Shown here piece after piece: positions 1 to 8,942 of a stretch of 64,000 bases of DNA; within the stretch, counting starts at the first letter, position 1, and every line of letters starts with the position of its first letter. The stretch covers positions 65,186 to 129,185 of the forward strand of contig VXRJ01000032.1 in the NCBI GenBank assembly GCA_009838525.1, read 5' to 3'. The notes under the pieces were generated by a model, which made no database searches, had not been told where the DNA came from, and was given only the letters and a program-made list of their open reading frames with translations. The position numbers and the translations under genes are program-made. This DNA comes from Acidobacteriota bacterium (lineage in GTDB: Bacteria; Acidobacteriota; Vicinamibacteria; Vicinamibacterales; UBA8438).

Positions 1-1
1 T

Positions 2-625
2 GTGGACGAGCACCTGATCCACCTCCGGCACGCCGCTGCGGAATATGCCCACGACGCGGAGCAACTGCGCCGAGATCTCGTGGTGCGCATCCTGCGCCTG
101 CACGACCATGCGCGAACCGAGTTCCAGCTCCAGACTGTTCGCGAGACCCACCCCGATGTACGCGGCAAGGCGATCATCCGGCTCCAGGTAGCGGCCCTCG
201 GCCACCTGATTGTCGACCATTCCGAATGTCGCCTCCGCCACCGGATCGACCGCGAAGATCTGCGCGGGCCGGGCCCCGGCGGCGGAGCTGGCAAGGCCCC
301 GGATGGTGAGCTTGGAGGAACGCGCCGCAACGAGGGGGGCGATCTCGGCGGTGACGAGCGCCGCCTCGGCCACCTGCCTGACGCCACTGGGCAGGCGGTC
401 CTCGAGCCGGCGGGTGACGCGGAACTCCGGCCGCTGAACCGTCACATGCCCCGTGCTCATCCGGACGCCGGCTTCGATCCACGCTTCGTGGGCGCCATCG
501 CCGAGCGCGAACGAAAAACTCAGCAGCCCGCCGCCCACCACCATTGCCAGCATCGTCAACACCGTCCGCCGTAGGTGCCGGCGCAGGTTGCGCAACGCGA
601 ACATGGTCAACACGCCCAGATGCAT
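2..625 (-). CDS. ABC-transporter permease, FtsX/MacB-LolE-like (partial; 3' end beyond window start)
   Basis: Not in the supplied track because it runs off the edge. My manual reverse-strand translation from ATG at 625 reads MHLGVLTMFALRNLRRHLRRTVLTMLAMVVGGGLL...VVGIFRSGVPEVDQVLVH, with no stop down to position 2. The 'ALRNLRR..RRT.LT' TM1 signature is typical of FtsX-family permeases. It is tandem with the 631..1899 paralogue. Listed + ORF 2..574 is its antisense shadow. Confidence 0.65.
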   Translation of the reverse strand, partial: MHLGVLTMFALRNLRRHLRRTVLTMLAMVVGGGLLSFSFALGDGAHEAWIEAGVRMSTGHVTVQRPEFRVTRRLEDRLPSGVRQVAEAALVTAEIAPLVAARSSKLTIRGLASSAAGARPAQIFAVDPVAEATFGMVDNQVAEGRYLEPDDRLAAYIGVGLANSLELELGSRMVVQAQDAHHEISAQLLRVVGIFRSGVPEVDQVLVH

Positions 626-630
626 CGTCG

Positions 631-1899
631 TCAGAGTCCCGAGAGCGTGTCGGCGGGCGGCGTCCGCGCAGCGCGGATCGCCGGATAGAACGCCGCGACC
701 ATCGCCGTCAGAATGAGCGCCCCCGCGGCATAGATAGTCACCGGCAGGTTGTACTCGACCCTAAGGTCGATCTCCAGCAACGCCCCCATCAACGTCACGT
801 CGTCGAAGAAGAACCCGAGTCCGGGTGGCGCATTGTGCCACCAGAACAACAGGGGCATCGTGATCGCGAGGCCGACCGCGAGACTGAAGAAACCGATGGC
901 CAAGGCCTCCCAGAGCACGGCGCCCACCACGGCGCGCGGCGTCGCGCCGAGCGCCAGCATCACCGCAAACTCGCGCCGCCGCTCGAACGTTGCCATCAAC
1001 ATCGTATTCGCCACGCCGAAAATCGCGATCGAAAAGACGATCACCAGGATGATCCAGTAGAAGCTCTCTCCCAGAGCGACGTACTCCACCATCGCCGGGT
1101 TGAGCTCGGTCCAGGAAATGACGGCGAGGGACCGACCACCAGTATCGACAGCTTCGAGGCTGCGGCCCAGACGCTCGGCCGTCGCATCGGCGAGACGGAA
1201 GTCCGACGTGGCGGCGATCACCTCGTGGATCCGATCGGGCTCGAGCACGACCAGTTCCTGCAGGTCGCTCAGCACGAATACGGCAGTCGAGGCATCGAAT
1301 TCCACCAGTCCGGAGCGAAAAATGCCGGATACCGTGAAGAGATCGTTCGCCATCGACCCGTCGGCCCCGGACGCCACGACCACCAGCTCGTCGCCGACGC
1401 CGACGTCGAGCTGAAGCGCCATCTCGTCGCCGATTACCAGCTCGCTCGCACCGGCGGCGGGCAGCACGCCGTCCACCAGGGAATCGAGGAACCGTGTGAG
1501 CGTCACCTCGCGTTCCGGATCGACGCCGAAGAAGGCGCCCGCCGTGGTGGCGTCGCCGGAGCTGACCAGCCCGCCCGCATAGACGCGGGGCGCCGCCGCG
1601 ATGACCGCTTCGTCCGCGTCAATAGCACGGAGCAGCGCTTCCACGTCCACGCCGTCACGCCCGCCGATGGTGTCGAACAGCCTGCGGTCGGGACGGAACT
1701 CCGCGTCCTGAATCTCGAGCTGCCCGCTGATCAGGGAGGTCCCGCTCTCCACCATCTGCGTCTGAATGCCCTGCGTCCATCCGACGATCAGGACGCAGGC
1801 CATGAAGCCGACAGCGAGGCCGAGCGCGGTCAGAAGGGTCCGTTTCCGGTTCCGGCCGAGATTGCGCCAACCGATGCGCCGCCAGGGGGACTGGGGCAT
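631..1899 (-). CDS. ABC-transporter permease, FtsX/MacB-LolE-like
   Basis: 422-aa ORF. N-terminal 'WRNLGRNRKRTLLTALGLAVG' TM1, a long periplasmic insert, and a C-terminal FtsX-type helices block ('FGVANTMLMATFERRREFAVMLALGA'). Confidence 0.85.
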   Translation of the reverse strand: MPQSPWRRIGWRNLGRNRKRTLLTALGLAVGFMACVLIVGWTQGIQTQMVESGTSLISGQLEIQDAEFRPDRRLFDTIGGRDGVDVEALLRAIDADEAVIAAAPRVYAGGLVSSGDATTAGAFFGVDPEREVTLTRFLDSLVDGVLPAAGASELVIGDEMALQLDVGVGDELVVVASGADGSMANDLFTVSGIFRSGLVEFDASTAVFVLSDLQELVVLEPDRIHEVIAATSDFRLADATAERLGRSLEAVDTGGRSLAVISWTELNPAMVEYVALGESFYWIILVIVFSIAIFGVANTMLMATFERRREFAVMLALGATPRAVVGAVLWEALAIGFFSLAVGLAITMPLLFWWHNAPPGLGFFFDDVTLMGALLEIDLRVEYNLPVTIYAAGALILTAMVAAFYPAIRAARTPPADTLSGL

Positions 1900-1910
1900 C
1901 TGCCGCCTGG

Positions 1911-2681
1911 CTAGCGTCCGCGCTGCAGCGTCCGGAGGGAGAAGAAAGACTCCTCGAGATCAACGTCGAACTCCAGCTCCTCGTAGCGGAAACTGGTCCG
2001 TTCGTCCGGCTTGTCAGCGGGCTGCATGTCCATCACCCCGGGCACCAGGCGTCCGCCCATCTCCGTGAATGCGCTGTATTCCATGGTGCGGGCGAGATCC
2101 CCGCCCTCGTCGTAGAAGCGCGTCCACAGCGGCATGTAGTCGTCCTGACGAACGCGGTACTCGATGTGGCCCCAGACGACCGGGGCCTCCGGCTTCGGCG
2201 TCAGGCGGAAATCCCACACCGACACGCCTTCGTCGGCCCCGTCGAACGTGATTTCGATGTCGTAGTCCTCGATCAGTCGGCTGTCCTTGACGAGGTCGTC
2301 ATTGGTGAAGTGCGACCCCATCCACGCGCCGCCCATCATCGACGCCGGCACCTTGATGGTCCGATCCACCTTCGGCAGGTAGTTCCAGATGTCGTCCACG
2401 GCCTTCAGCGTGGCGGTTCCCGCCTCCCGGGGCGGCGTGCGCAGGCGGACGAGGGAGAAGTCGGTGCCGAGCGACCAGATCTCCATCGTCATCTCGCGCT
2501 CCCAGTTCTCGGTGACCACCTGCATGGTGGCAACGCCGCGGCTCGAGTCGCCCCGCATCATCCGGTCGACCCGGTCCATGATCTCGAGGGGATCGGTCTG
2601 CGCGGCAACGGGTGCGGCAAGGGTCATCGACGCGACCGCCATCGCGACGAGGACGGCGCGCGAACGTGAAGCTCGAAGCAT
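1911..2681 (-). CDS. Outer-membrane lipoprotein-sorting (LolA-like) protein
   Basis: 256 aa with a signal peptide (AAPVAAQ). The 'DPLEIMDRVDRMMRGDSSRGVATMQV...MEIWSLG' N-terminus is typical of the LolA-like family that accompanies FtsX permeases. It lies 12 nt upstream of the permease genes on the same strand. Confidence 0.6.
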   Translation of the reverse strand: MLRASRSRAVLVAMAVASMTLAAPVAAQTDPLEIMDRVDRMMRGDSSRGVATMQVVTENWEREMTMEIWSLGTDFSLVRLRTPPREAGTATLKAVDDIWNYLPKVDRTIKVPASMMGGAWMGSHFTNDDLVKDSRLIEDYDIEITFDGADEGVSVWDFRLTPKPEAPVVWGHIEYRVRQDDYMPLWTRFYDEGGDLARTMEYSAFTEMGGRLVPGVMDMQPADKPDERTSFRYEELEFDVDLEESFFSLRTLQRGR

Positions 2682-2715
2682 CGCTACCTCCAGCCGTCGA
2701 TGGTATCATCCGCGC

Positions 2716-3870
2716 ATGACACGCTTGCTCTTCGCGGGATTCCTCGTCGGGACCGTAGCCGTCATCCTCTCCGGGGCGGCGGCAGCGCAGACCCTCGAAC
2801 CGATCGACGTCTCCGCGCTGGGACCGCAGGTCGGAGAGGCGGTTCCCGACTTCGCGCTGCCGGATCAGACCGGGACGATCCGCACGCTCGACTCCATCAT
2901 GGGCGAACGGGGCGCGATGATCGTTTTTCACCGTTCCGCCGACTGGTGACCGTACTGCAAAGCGCAGCTCGTGGAGCTGCATGACCGTCTCGATGACCTG
3001 CGAGCCCAGGGTCTCGGCGTCGCCGCCATCAGCTACGACTCGGTAGAGGTTCTCGCCGCGTTCGCGGAACGGCGTGGCATCACGTCCGAACTGCCGCTCC
3101 TGTCGGACGATGACTCCGCGGCAATCCGCGACTTCGGCATCTACAACCACGTTGCCGAAGCGGGCGTCGGCCCGAACGCGGAGGAGGCGGACGTCAAGGC
3201 GGCGGTGGAACAGTACGTCTCCGTGTTCGGCGCGAACCCGATGATCATCGGAACACCGTTCCCGGGGACGTTCATCGTGGACCGGCAGGGACGCGTCACC
3301 TCCCGCTTCTTTGAGGAGTTCTACCGCGAGCGGAACACCGCGGCGAACATCATGCTGAAGCTGGGAACACCGATCTCGGGGATCGCGGGCAGCTCGGGCG
3401 AGACGGCGCATCTGGAGATCGAAGCGTCGCAGAGCAACCCCGACATCACCGTCGGCAGCCGCTTCCACTTGGCCCTGGACATCACGCCGAAGCCGGAAAT
3501 GCACGTCTACGCGCCCGGCGCGGAAGAGCTGGGCTACCGGGTCATCAACCTCGCGCTCGAGACGCCGCCGTTCCTTCGCCTGCTGCCGTCCGAGTACCCG
3601 GCATCGGAGATCTACCACTTCAAGCCGCTCGACGAACGGGTGCCGGTCTACATGCGGCCGTTCCGCCTGATTCAGGAGATCGTGGTGGAGGGTGATCCGG
3701 AGTCGACCGCGGCGCTGGCCGAACTCGACGCGGTCACGTTGACCGGGCGCCTCGACTACCAGGCGTGCGACGACGAGATCTGCTTCAACCCAGCGTCGAT
3801 TCCGCTGACCTGGACGATCACGGTCGCGCCGCTCGACCGCCAGCGCGCGTTGCCCGCGGACGGGCAGTAG
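2716..3870 (+). CDS. Secreted AhpC/TSA-type redoxin fused to a DsbD-N-like domain, with in-frame UGA (putative selenocysteine) at 2947..2949
   Basis: Track ORFs 2389..2949 and 2971..3870 are in the same frame, separated only by TGA. Read-through gives ...GAMIVFHRSADW-U-PYCKAQLVELHDRL..., i.e. the W-C-P-Y-C redoxin motif with UGA at the first Cys. Signal peptide MTRLLFAGFLVGTVAVILSGAAAAQ from ATG 2716. The C-terminal half ends 'LDYQACDDEICFNP', typical of DsbD N-terminal domains. Confidence 0.6.
2964..2980 (+). promoter_or_regulatory. Hairpin downstream of the in-frame UGA (candidate bacterial SECIS apical stem-loop)
   Basis: GCAGCUC-GUG-GAGCUGC forms a perfect 7-bp stem with a G-first loop. 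The stem starts 15 nt after the UGA and the loop starts 22 nt after it, within the UGA-to-loop distance I recall for bacterial SECIS models. Confidence 0.35.
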
Positions 3871-3889
3871 CTGCGGGCGACGGGCGTCG

Positions 3890-6247
3890 TCAGAACCGGA
3901 ACAGCCGGTTCATCTTTATGACGAAGCCACGGTTCCGCAGGTCGGAGTAGCGGATCGGGCGGAGCGGATCGGTTTCCCGGTCCTCCGTGTAGACGACGAA
4001 CAGCTCGCTGCCGGGCGAGTATTCCCACCGCAGCCGCAGGTTGCTGCTGATGGTGTTGCTGTTCGAGTTGTATTGAATCAGGCCGCTGAAGAACATGCGC
4101 GGCGTGAACGTGTAGTTCACCCGCGTGACGACCAGGTTGGTGTTGAAAGTCCCGGCCGCGGTGTCGATCCAGTTGAACGAGATGGTCGGCTCCAACGAGA
4201 GTCGCTGCGTCAGCTCGGCGCGTCCCCGGCGGAACTGGACGGAGACAATGTCGCCGTTGAAGTACTCGCCCGCCAGCACGGAAAAGCTGCCGTTCAGGCG
4301 ACGCTGGGCACCCGGCGAATACGACAGCTCGACGTCGCTGAACTTGTAGGCGCCGGGCGCGAAGGCCGCCCCCGCCGCGGGCTCGAACGTCCGGGCCAGG
4401 AACTCGTAGTTCTCCGCCAGCGAGATGCCGAATCGATCGCTGTTCTCCAGCTCGACGGCAAACGCTAGCTGCGCCTGCCGGGTCTCGACCACGCCGGTGC
4501 TGGCCGATTCGATGTAGTCGCGGCTCGCCTCCAGGCGGAACTGCCGGATCGACTCGATGCCGCGGGGGCGCGGGCTGTAGCGCAGGGTGCCGTAGCTGCG
4601 CCGGAAGTCGTCGCGCCGCAGGAAGCCCACTTCCGGCTTGAAGTTGTCCTCAACCGCCAGGTGCTCCACCTGCATGCCGAAGAGGTCGCCGGAGTAGTCG
4701 AACCGCCCCTGCCAGCTTCCGTCGCGTCCCCGGGCGCCCGGAGTCTTCGTCCGCGCGCCGTACGCCAGGAAATTGACGTTCTCGTAGAAGGAGAAGTTGG
4801 CATCAATCCCGTAGGCCTGGCTCGACCCGTCCCCTTCCAGCGCGACCGACCGGTTTGTGAAGATGGCGCCGACGCTGCTGCGTCGCAGGATGTCGCGCTT
4901 CAGCCGAACCACGGTGAAGTTCGTCGCCGCGACGCTCTGACCCACGGAGTCGGCCTGCATGTTGATGGCGCCGACGTCGAACGCGCCGACCTTTCCGGTT
5001 ACCCGCCCGCCGCCCACGATTGGGACGATCGATCCGCCCTGCAGACCGATGCGGCGGCTGTAGAAGATGGTCGGCGCGTTGCCGCCACCGAAGAACCCGC
5101 CGCCCTGGCGCCGCAGCGCGCCGCCGAACCCGCCGCCGAAGGCGCCGCGCGCGAAGTCGAAGATGCCGCGTCCTTCCAGAAAAAACTCGCGTTTCTCGGG
5201 GAAGAACAGATTGAAACGAGTCAGGTTGACCTGTTGTTCGTCCACCTCGACCTGGGCAAAATCGGTGTTGAATGTGAAATCCGCCGTCAGGTTCTGCGTC
5301 AAGCCGTACTTGACGTCGAGTCCGGCATCACCCGATCCCTGGTTTGTGAACGGGTCGGCCGCAGTCAGATCGGTCGCGACGCCGCCGATTGCATACGGTT
5401 TGATCTCCAGGTTCTTGCTGCCGCTCGGCGCGTCGATCCCGACCAGCGTCGCCGCCGCGGAGATGCGGAAGATCCCTCCCGGGCCGTTGCCCGCCGAGAT
5501 CGGCACCTGCGTGATGTACGCCCACTCGTTCTTGCGCCGCACGTTACGGCGGAGCTGTATGCCCCAGACCTGCGACGGACCGGGCCGGTAGCGGAGCGAC
5601 CGGAACGGGATCTCCATCTCCACCGTCCACCCACCGTCAAACCGTCCGGTGCGCACGTCCCACACCGGGTTCCAGTCACTGTTCGGGTTGCCTTCGTTGG
5701 TGATCGCGAAGTCGGCGAGGGCGCCAAGCGGGTTCGTGTAGAACGCGACCGCATTACGACGGTCGTAGAACGTATCGAGGATCACGGCGAACGTGTCGTT
5801 TTGGCGGAGCTGTCGCGTGTCGCGCCGCAGCTCGTTCGCCACCCATTCGCTCTCCGGCGCCGAATCCCAGATGCGGCCGGCTACGTAGAGATTGGAGTCA
5901 TCGAAGGTGATCCAGGCCTCGGTCCGCTCCGTCGCGGGCGCCCCCTCGTCCGGCGCCTGCTGCAGGAACCCCGTAATCGCCGGAAGGGTCTCGTACATGG
6001 CCTCGTCGAGGACACCGTCGAGTCGGGGCGGCTCGTCGACACGGACGGCGCGGATTGTCGCCCGGCCCTCCGCGTCGCGATTGATCACCGCCGGTTCGAC
6101 CGGGGGCGGCGGACCGTCGATGACGAACTCGAACAGTGTCTCGCCCGGGGCGGAAGACGCCCCTTCCTGCGCCTGCGCCTGCTCCTGCGCCGCCGCCGGG
6201 GCGACGGCAAGGGAGAGGAGCAAACCAATCCAGGACGGGGTCCGCAT
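3890..6247 (-). CDS. Outer-membrane protein, CBM9-like N-terminal domain plus beta-barrel (DUF5916-type)
   Basis: 785 aa with signal peptide (AVAPAAAQ). 'IDGVLDE..Y..LP..TGF.Q..P.EG..A...TE.W...D..NLYV..R..D' matches the carbohydrate-binding family-9-like module of this family. The long beta-rich C-terminus ends in aromatic 'NRLFRF'. Confidence 0.6.
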   Translation of the reverse strand: MRTPSWIGLLLSLAVAPAAAQEQAQAQEGASSAPGETLFEFVIDGPPPPVEPAVINRDAEGRATIRAVRVDEPPRLDGVLDEAMYETLPAITGFLQQAPDEGAPATERTEAWITFDDSNLYVAGRIWDSAPESEWVANELRRDTRQLRQNDTFAVILDTFYDRRNAVAFYTNPLGALADFAITNEGNPNSDWNPVWDVRTGRFDGGWTVEMEIPFRSLRYRPGPSQVWGIQLRRNVRRKNEWAYITQVPISAGNGPGGIFRISAAATLVGIDAPSGSKNLEIKPYAIGGVATDLTAADPFTNQGSGDAGLDVKYGLTQNLTADFTFNTDFAQVEVDEQQVNLTRFNLFFPEKREFFLEGRGIFDFARGAFGGGFGGALRRQGGGFFGGGNAPTIFYSRRIGLQGGSIVPIVGGGRVTGKVGAFDVGAINMQADSVGQSVAATNFTVVRLKRDILRRSSVGAIFTNRSVALEGDGSSQAYGIDANFSFYENVNFLAYGARTKTPGARGRDGSWQGRFDYSGDLFGMQVEHLAVEDNFKPEVGFLRRDDFRRSYGTLRYSPRPRGIESIRQFRLEASRDYIESASTGVVETRQAQLAFAVELENSDRFGISLAENYEFLARTFEPAAGAAFAPGAYKFSDVELSYSPGAQRRLNGSFSVLAGEYFNGDIVSVQFRRGRAELTQRLSLEPTISFNWIDTAAGTFNTNLVVTRVNYTFTPRMFFSGLIQYNSNSNTISSNLRLRWEYSPGSELFVVYTEDRETDPLRPIRYSDLRNRGFVIKMNRLFRF

Positions 6248-6307
6248 CCGCCCTGTACCAGACGCCTTCCGGAGCGGCCCTGTTTAGCTCCCGCCCGCGG
6301 GTTCAAG

Positions 6308-7006
6308 CTAGGGCGGGCCGAATTGCACGCCGATGCTCGCCGTAAAGCCACTCAGCCGGCCGTTGGCTTCACCGGCCGCGCCGATGAAACGGTACCCGGC
6401 GCCGCCGCCCACGCGGAGCCAGTCCTTCAGGTTCAGGTGAACCGTGGCCTGCGGTTCGGCCACGAAGAACTCCTGCCGGTAATGGCGGCGGCCGAACCAG
6501 GGGATGCCGAACCACCCGTCGTCATGACCGCCGCCCCATCCGGGCCACCAACCGTGACGGACGTGGTGTGCGCCGCGACCGTCGAAGGGAAACGCGGTGC
6601 CGCCGAACAGGGCGACGCCATCGGTCAGGGTGGCGGTTCCGGCTCCCAGCAACCCGCTGACGCTGAAGTCCACGAGACCGTCCGGATTCGCGAACCATTC
6701 GACGAGGCCGCCGCCGTACCACATCTCCAGCCCGTCGCGCGTGCCGGGCAGCCAATAGCCGGCGCCGCCGATGAACAGCCGGCGATCCGTCACCAGGCCC
6801 CCGCGCACGCCGAGCAGCCCCGCGGATATGCCGTCCACTTCCGTGAACTTGTAGTCGGGAGCGACGACGAAGCCGCTCCGGATCTTCTCGATCTCGAGAC
6901 CGCCGGTGACGGGCTGGACGGCCGGCTCCTGCGCCGCCGCGGGCACCGCCGCGACTCCGGCGAGGAACAGTGCAATCGCTCCCGCGCCCCGCCAACGCGC
7001 CTTCAT
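6308..7006 (-). CDS. Hypothetical secreted Gly/aromatic-rich protein (possible small OM beta-barrel)
   Basis: 232 aa with signal peptide (AVPAAAQE). It has alternating Gly/aromatic segments and a 4-nt overlap with the upstream PEGA gene. Confidence 0.4.
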   Translation of the reverse strand: MKARWRGAGAIALFLAGVAAVPAAAQEPAVQPVTGGLEIEKIRSGFVVAPDYKFTEVDGISAGLLGVRGGLVTDRRLFIGGAGYWLPGTRDGLEMWYGGGLVEWFANPDGLVDFSVSGLLGAGTATLTDGVALFGGTAFPFDGRGAHHVRHGWWPGWGGGHDDGWFGIPWFGRRHYRQEFFVAEPQATVHLNLKDWLRVGGGAGYRFIGAAGEANGRLSGFTASIGVQFGPP

Positions 7007-7917
7007 GACTCCCTCCCGTCGGAATCGGCGCGCGGCAGGCTCACGTTGACGACCGTGTCCTCACCCGGCACGATCTCCACGTCGACGGCGTAGGGATGAT
7101 GACCGTCGCGACTCACCTCGAGCCGGTGCGCGCCGACGCCCAGGTCGAGCATCAGCTCACCCACCGCCTCGTGCCCCATCCACCGCTCTCCGTCGACGAC
7201 AATCGTCGCGTCGGCCGGCTGCACGCGCACGACCAGGGTGCCGAACCCGGCCGGGTCGGCAACCGCGACTCCGGGACCGGCGGGCGGCGCCGTGGACGGC
7301 GGGCCGGCCGTAGAAGACGGTGCGGCCGGCGGCGGTGGCGGCGGTTCCGGACGCGTCGGCGCCGGAGCGCCGGCCGCGAGCGGCATCATCTCGTGTCGCA
7401 CCCGATAGGTCTCACCTGGCGCCAGGTATAGCGTTCGCTGGATACTCTCGTGTCCGTCCAGGTAGAGCTCGATCTCGTGATCGCCCGGTGGCAGCCGCAG
7501 CCGCTGAAAAAAGCCGTCGAAGCTGTCGACGAGGCCGACATAGTAGCCGTCGACGTACACCTCCGTCTCCGGCGGAACCACCTGAAGCCGGACGGCGCTG
7601 CTCGCGCCATAGCCGCCGTACTGGTAGTACGGGTAGCGCCAGGCGCGATAGCCGTACGGCCCGTAGAACGGACGCCAGAACGGATCGTAGTAGCCGTAGT
7701 AATACGGCCCGTAGAAACCGGCGCCGACCCAGACACGGCGCCCCGGCGGACGGGCCACGCGCACGGGCGGACGCGCGGCTGGCCGAGGCACGGCGCGTTG
7801 CGTCCGCTGCACCGCACGGTCACGCTGGACTTCGGCCGTTGCCGGAGCCGCCGCGATAGGCGCGGCCATCGCGGCCACCGCCAGCATGGTGACGGTTATC
7901 TGTCGAGTTGTCTGCAT
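7003..7917 (-). CDS. PEGA-domain protein with Tyr/Pro/Gly-rich low-complexity linker
   Basis: Start moved to MQTTRQITVTMLAVAAMAAPIAAAPATAEV (signal peptide, ATG 7917). There are two PEGA-like modules ('VPPETEVYVDGYYVG...GDHEIELYLDG' and 'VRVQPADATIVVDGERW...GAHRLEVSRDGHHPY'). Confidence 0.6.
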   Translation of the reverse strand: MQTTRQITVTMLAVAAMAAPIAAAPATAEVQRDRAVQRTQRAVPRPAARPPVRVARPPGRRVWVGAGFYGPYYYGYYDPFWRPFYGPYGYRAWRYPYYQYGGYGASSAVRLQVVPPETEVYVDGYYVGLVDSFDGFFQRLRLPPGDHEIELYLDGHESIQRTLYLAPGETYRVRHEMMPLAAGAPAPTRPEPPPPPPAAPSSTAGPPSTAPPAGPGVAVADPAGFGTLVVRVQPADATIVVDGERWMGHEAVGELMLDLGVGAHRLEVSRDGHHPYAVDVEIVPGEDTVVNVSLPRADSDGRES

Positions 7918-8142
7918 CAGGTCCTCCGCGTGGCAGGCGCTGGCTGATACGCCCTCCGACCACTTCAAGGCCTTACAGCCCGTGGTGGATGGAGCAAGAC
8001 CCGTGCCGGATTCACAACGCCCCAAAAACCCCATTCTCCGGGCCTTCCCGAGCGCCACCGGGGCCGAAGGATGTCGCCACCGTGCGACAGGATTGTCCGG
8101 CGCGGAGTACACGCAGCTGTTCGCCCTAGAGCAAGTGCTAGG

Positions 8143-8820
8143 CTAGCGTTCCTGCAGGTCGTAGACGCGGCGGAACTCACGGCTACCGCCTCGGCCGCGT
8201 TCGACGCGGGACGTGACGATCAATTGGCTGCCTGTTCCGCCGTCCGTCCGTACTTCGTACGCCTGCTCTATCCGGAATGGGAACCGCGTCTCCAGTTCGA
8301 TCTCGGCCACCAGCCGGCCCCCGTCCCAGCGGGTCCGGCGCTGCACCTGCATGTTCCCGGCGAGGCCCGCGTGCTCGCGGTCGTCCGGAATCAGCCGCAC
8401 CACGCGGCCGTCGTCGTACGTGAGGCCAATCTCGTCGGCGCGCGAGACGATCGTCATGCGGCGCGGCGCGCCGAGCAGGTCTCGTATCGCCCCCTGCATC
8501 GATTCGCGCAGGCGGGCCATCTCCTGCGGGTCGGGCCGGTTGCCACCACCGCCGCCGAAGCCACCGCGACCTCGCCCAAACCCTCCGCGCCCGCCACCGA
8601 AGCCGCCGGGATCACCTCCGAAACCGCCGCCCGGGCCAAGACCACCCCGGCCGCCCTGCTGGCCATCGCCGAGCCGGCCGCTCGGGTCGTCACTCAGTTC
8701 CTGGTTCAGCACCCACTCCCCGTCGATGTTGCCCTCCTGCGCCTCGCCCACGTCCGCCGCCCCCAGCACGCCGATGAAACCGACCACCAGTACCGCCGCC
8801 GACTGTTGCCATCGCATCAT
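8143..8820 (-). CDS. Hypothetical secreted protein with RGG/GGF low-complexity tract
   Basis: Start at MMRWQQSAAVLVVGFIGVLGAADVGEAQ (ATG 8820, GGAGGAG 3-4 nt upstream). The internal tract is GGRGGLGPGGGFGGDPGGFGGGRGGFGRGRGGFGGGGGN. Confidence 0.5.
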   Translation of the reverse strand: MMRWQQSAAVLVVGFIGVLGAADVGEAQEGNIDGEWVLNQELSDDPSGRLGDGQQGGRGGLGPGGGFGGDPGGFGGGRGGFGRGRGGFGGGGGNRPDPQEMARLRESMQGAIRDLLGAPRRMTIVSRADEIGLTYDDGRVVRLIPDDREHAGLAGNMQVQRRTRWDGGRLVAEIELETRFPFRIEQAYEVRTDGGTGSQLIVTSRVERGRGGSREFRRVYDLQER

Positions 8821-8899
8821 CCGCTCCTCCACATCAACATCCCTAGCCACAGACTGGTCGGGCGCCGCGTTTATTTCGATTTGCCCGCCAGCCCCACCG

Positions 8900-8905
8900 T
8901 ATAAT
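8900..8905 (+). promoter_or_regulatory. Candidate -10 box (TATAAT)
   Basis: A perfect TATAAT in a roughly 70% GC background, 38 nt upstream of ATG 8943. I found no convincing -35. Confidence 0.25.
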
Positions 8906-8942
8906 CTCCCCGTCTCCCGTCCGCGGCCGGGCGGATGCCGTC

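Noticed and set aside
2-574. 190-aa + strand ORF at the window start
   Set aside because: The opposite strand encodes an FtsX-like permease N-terminus (manual translation, open from 625 to the window edge), so the + ORF is its shadow.
2389-2715. Upstream 109-codon extension of the redoxin ORF
   Set aside because: It lies antisense to the LolA-like gene (1911..2681). A signal peptide begins at the internal Met at 2716.
4661-7093. 810-aa + strand ORF, and similar long ORFs at 544..1914(+), 2299..3618(-), 10132..11649(-), 13455..14615(-), 16088..17089(+), 42661..44034(+), 46199..47359(-), 51454..52593(+), 57586..58515(-), 57678..58901(+) and 60160..61473(+)
   Set aside because: All lie antisense to, or out of frame with, ORFs that carry clear family motifs. 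Their products are Arg/Pro/Gly/Ala-rich with no motifs. They are typical stop-codon-poor shadow frames of high-GC DNA.
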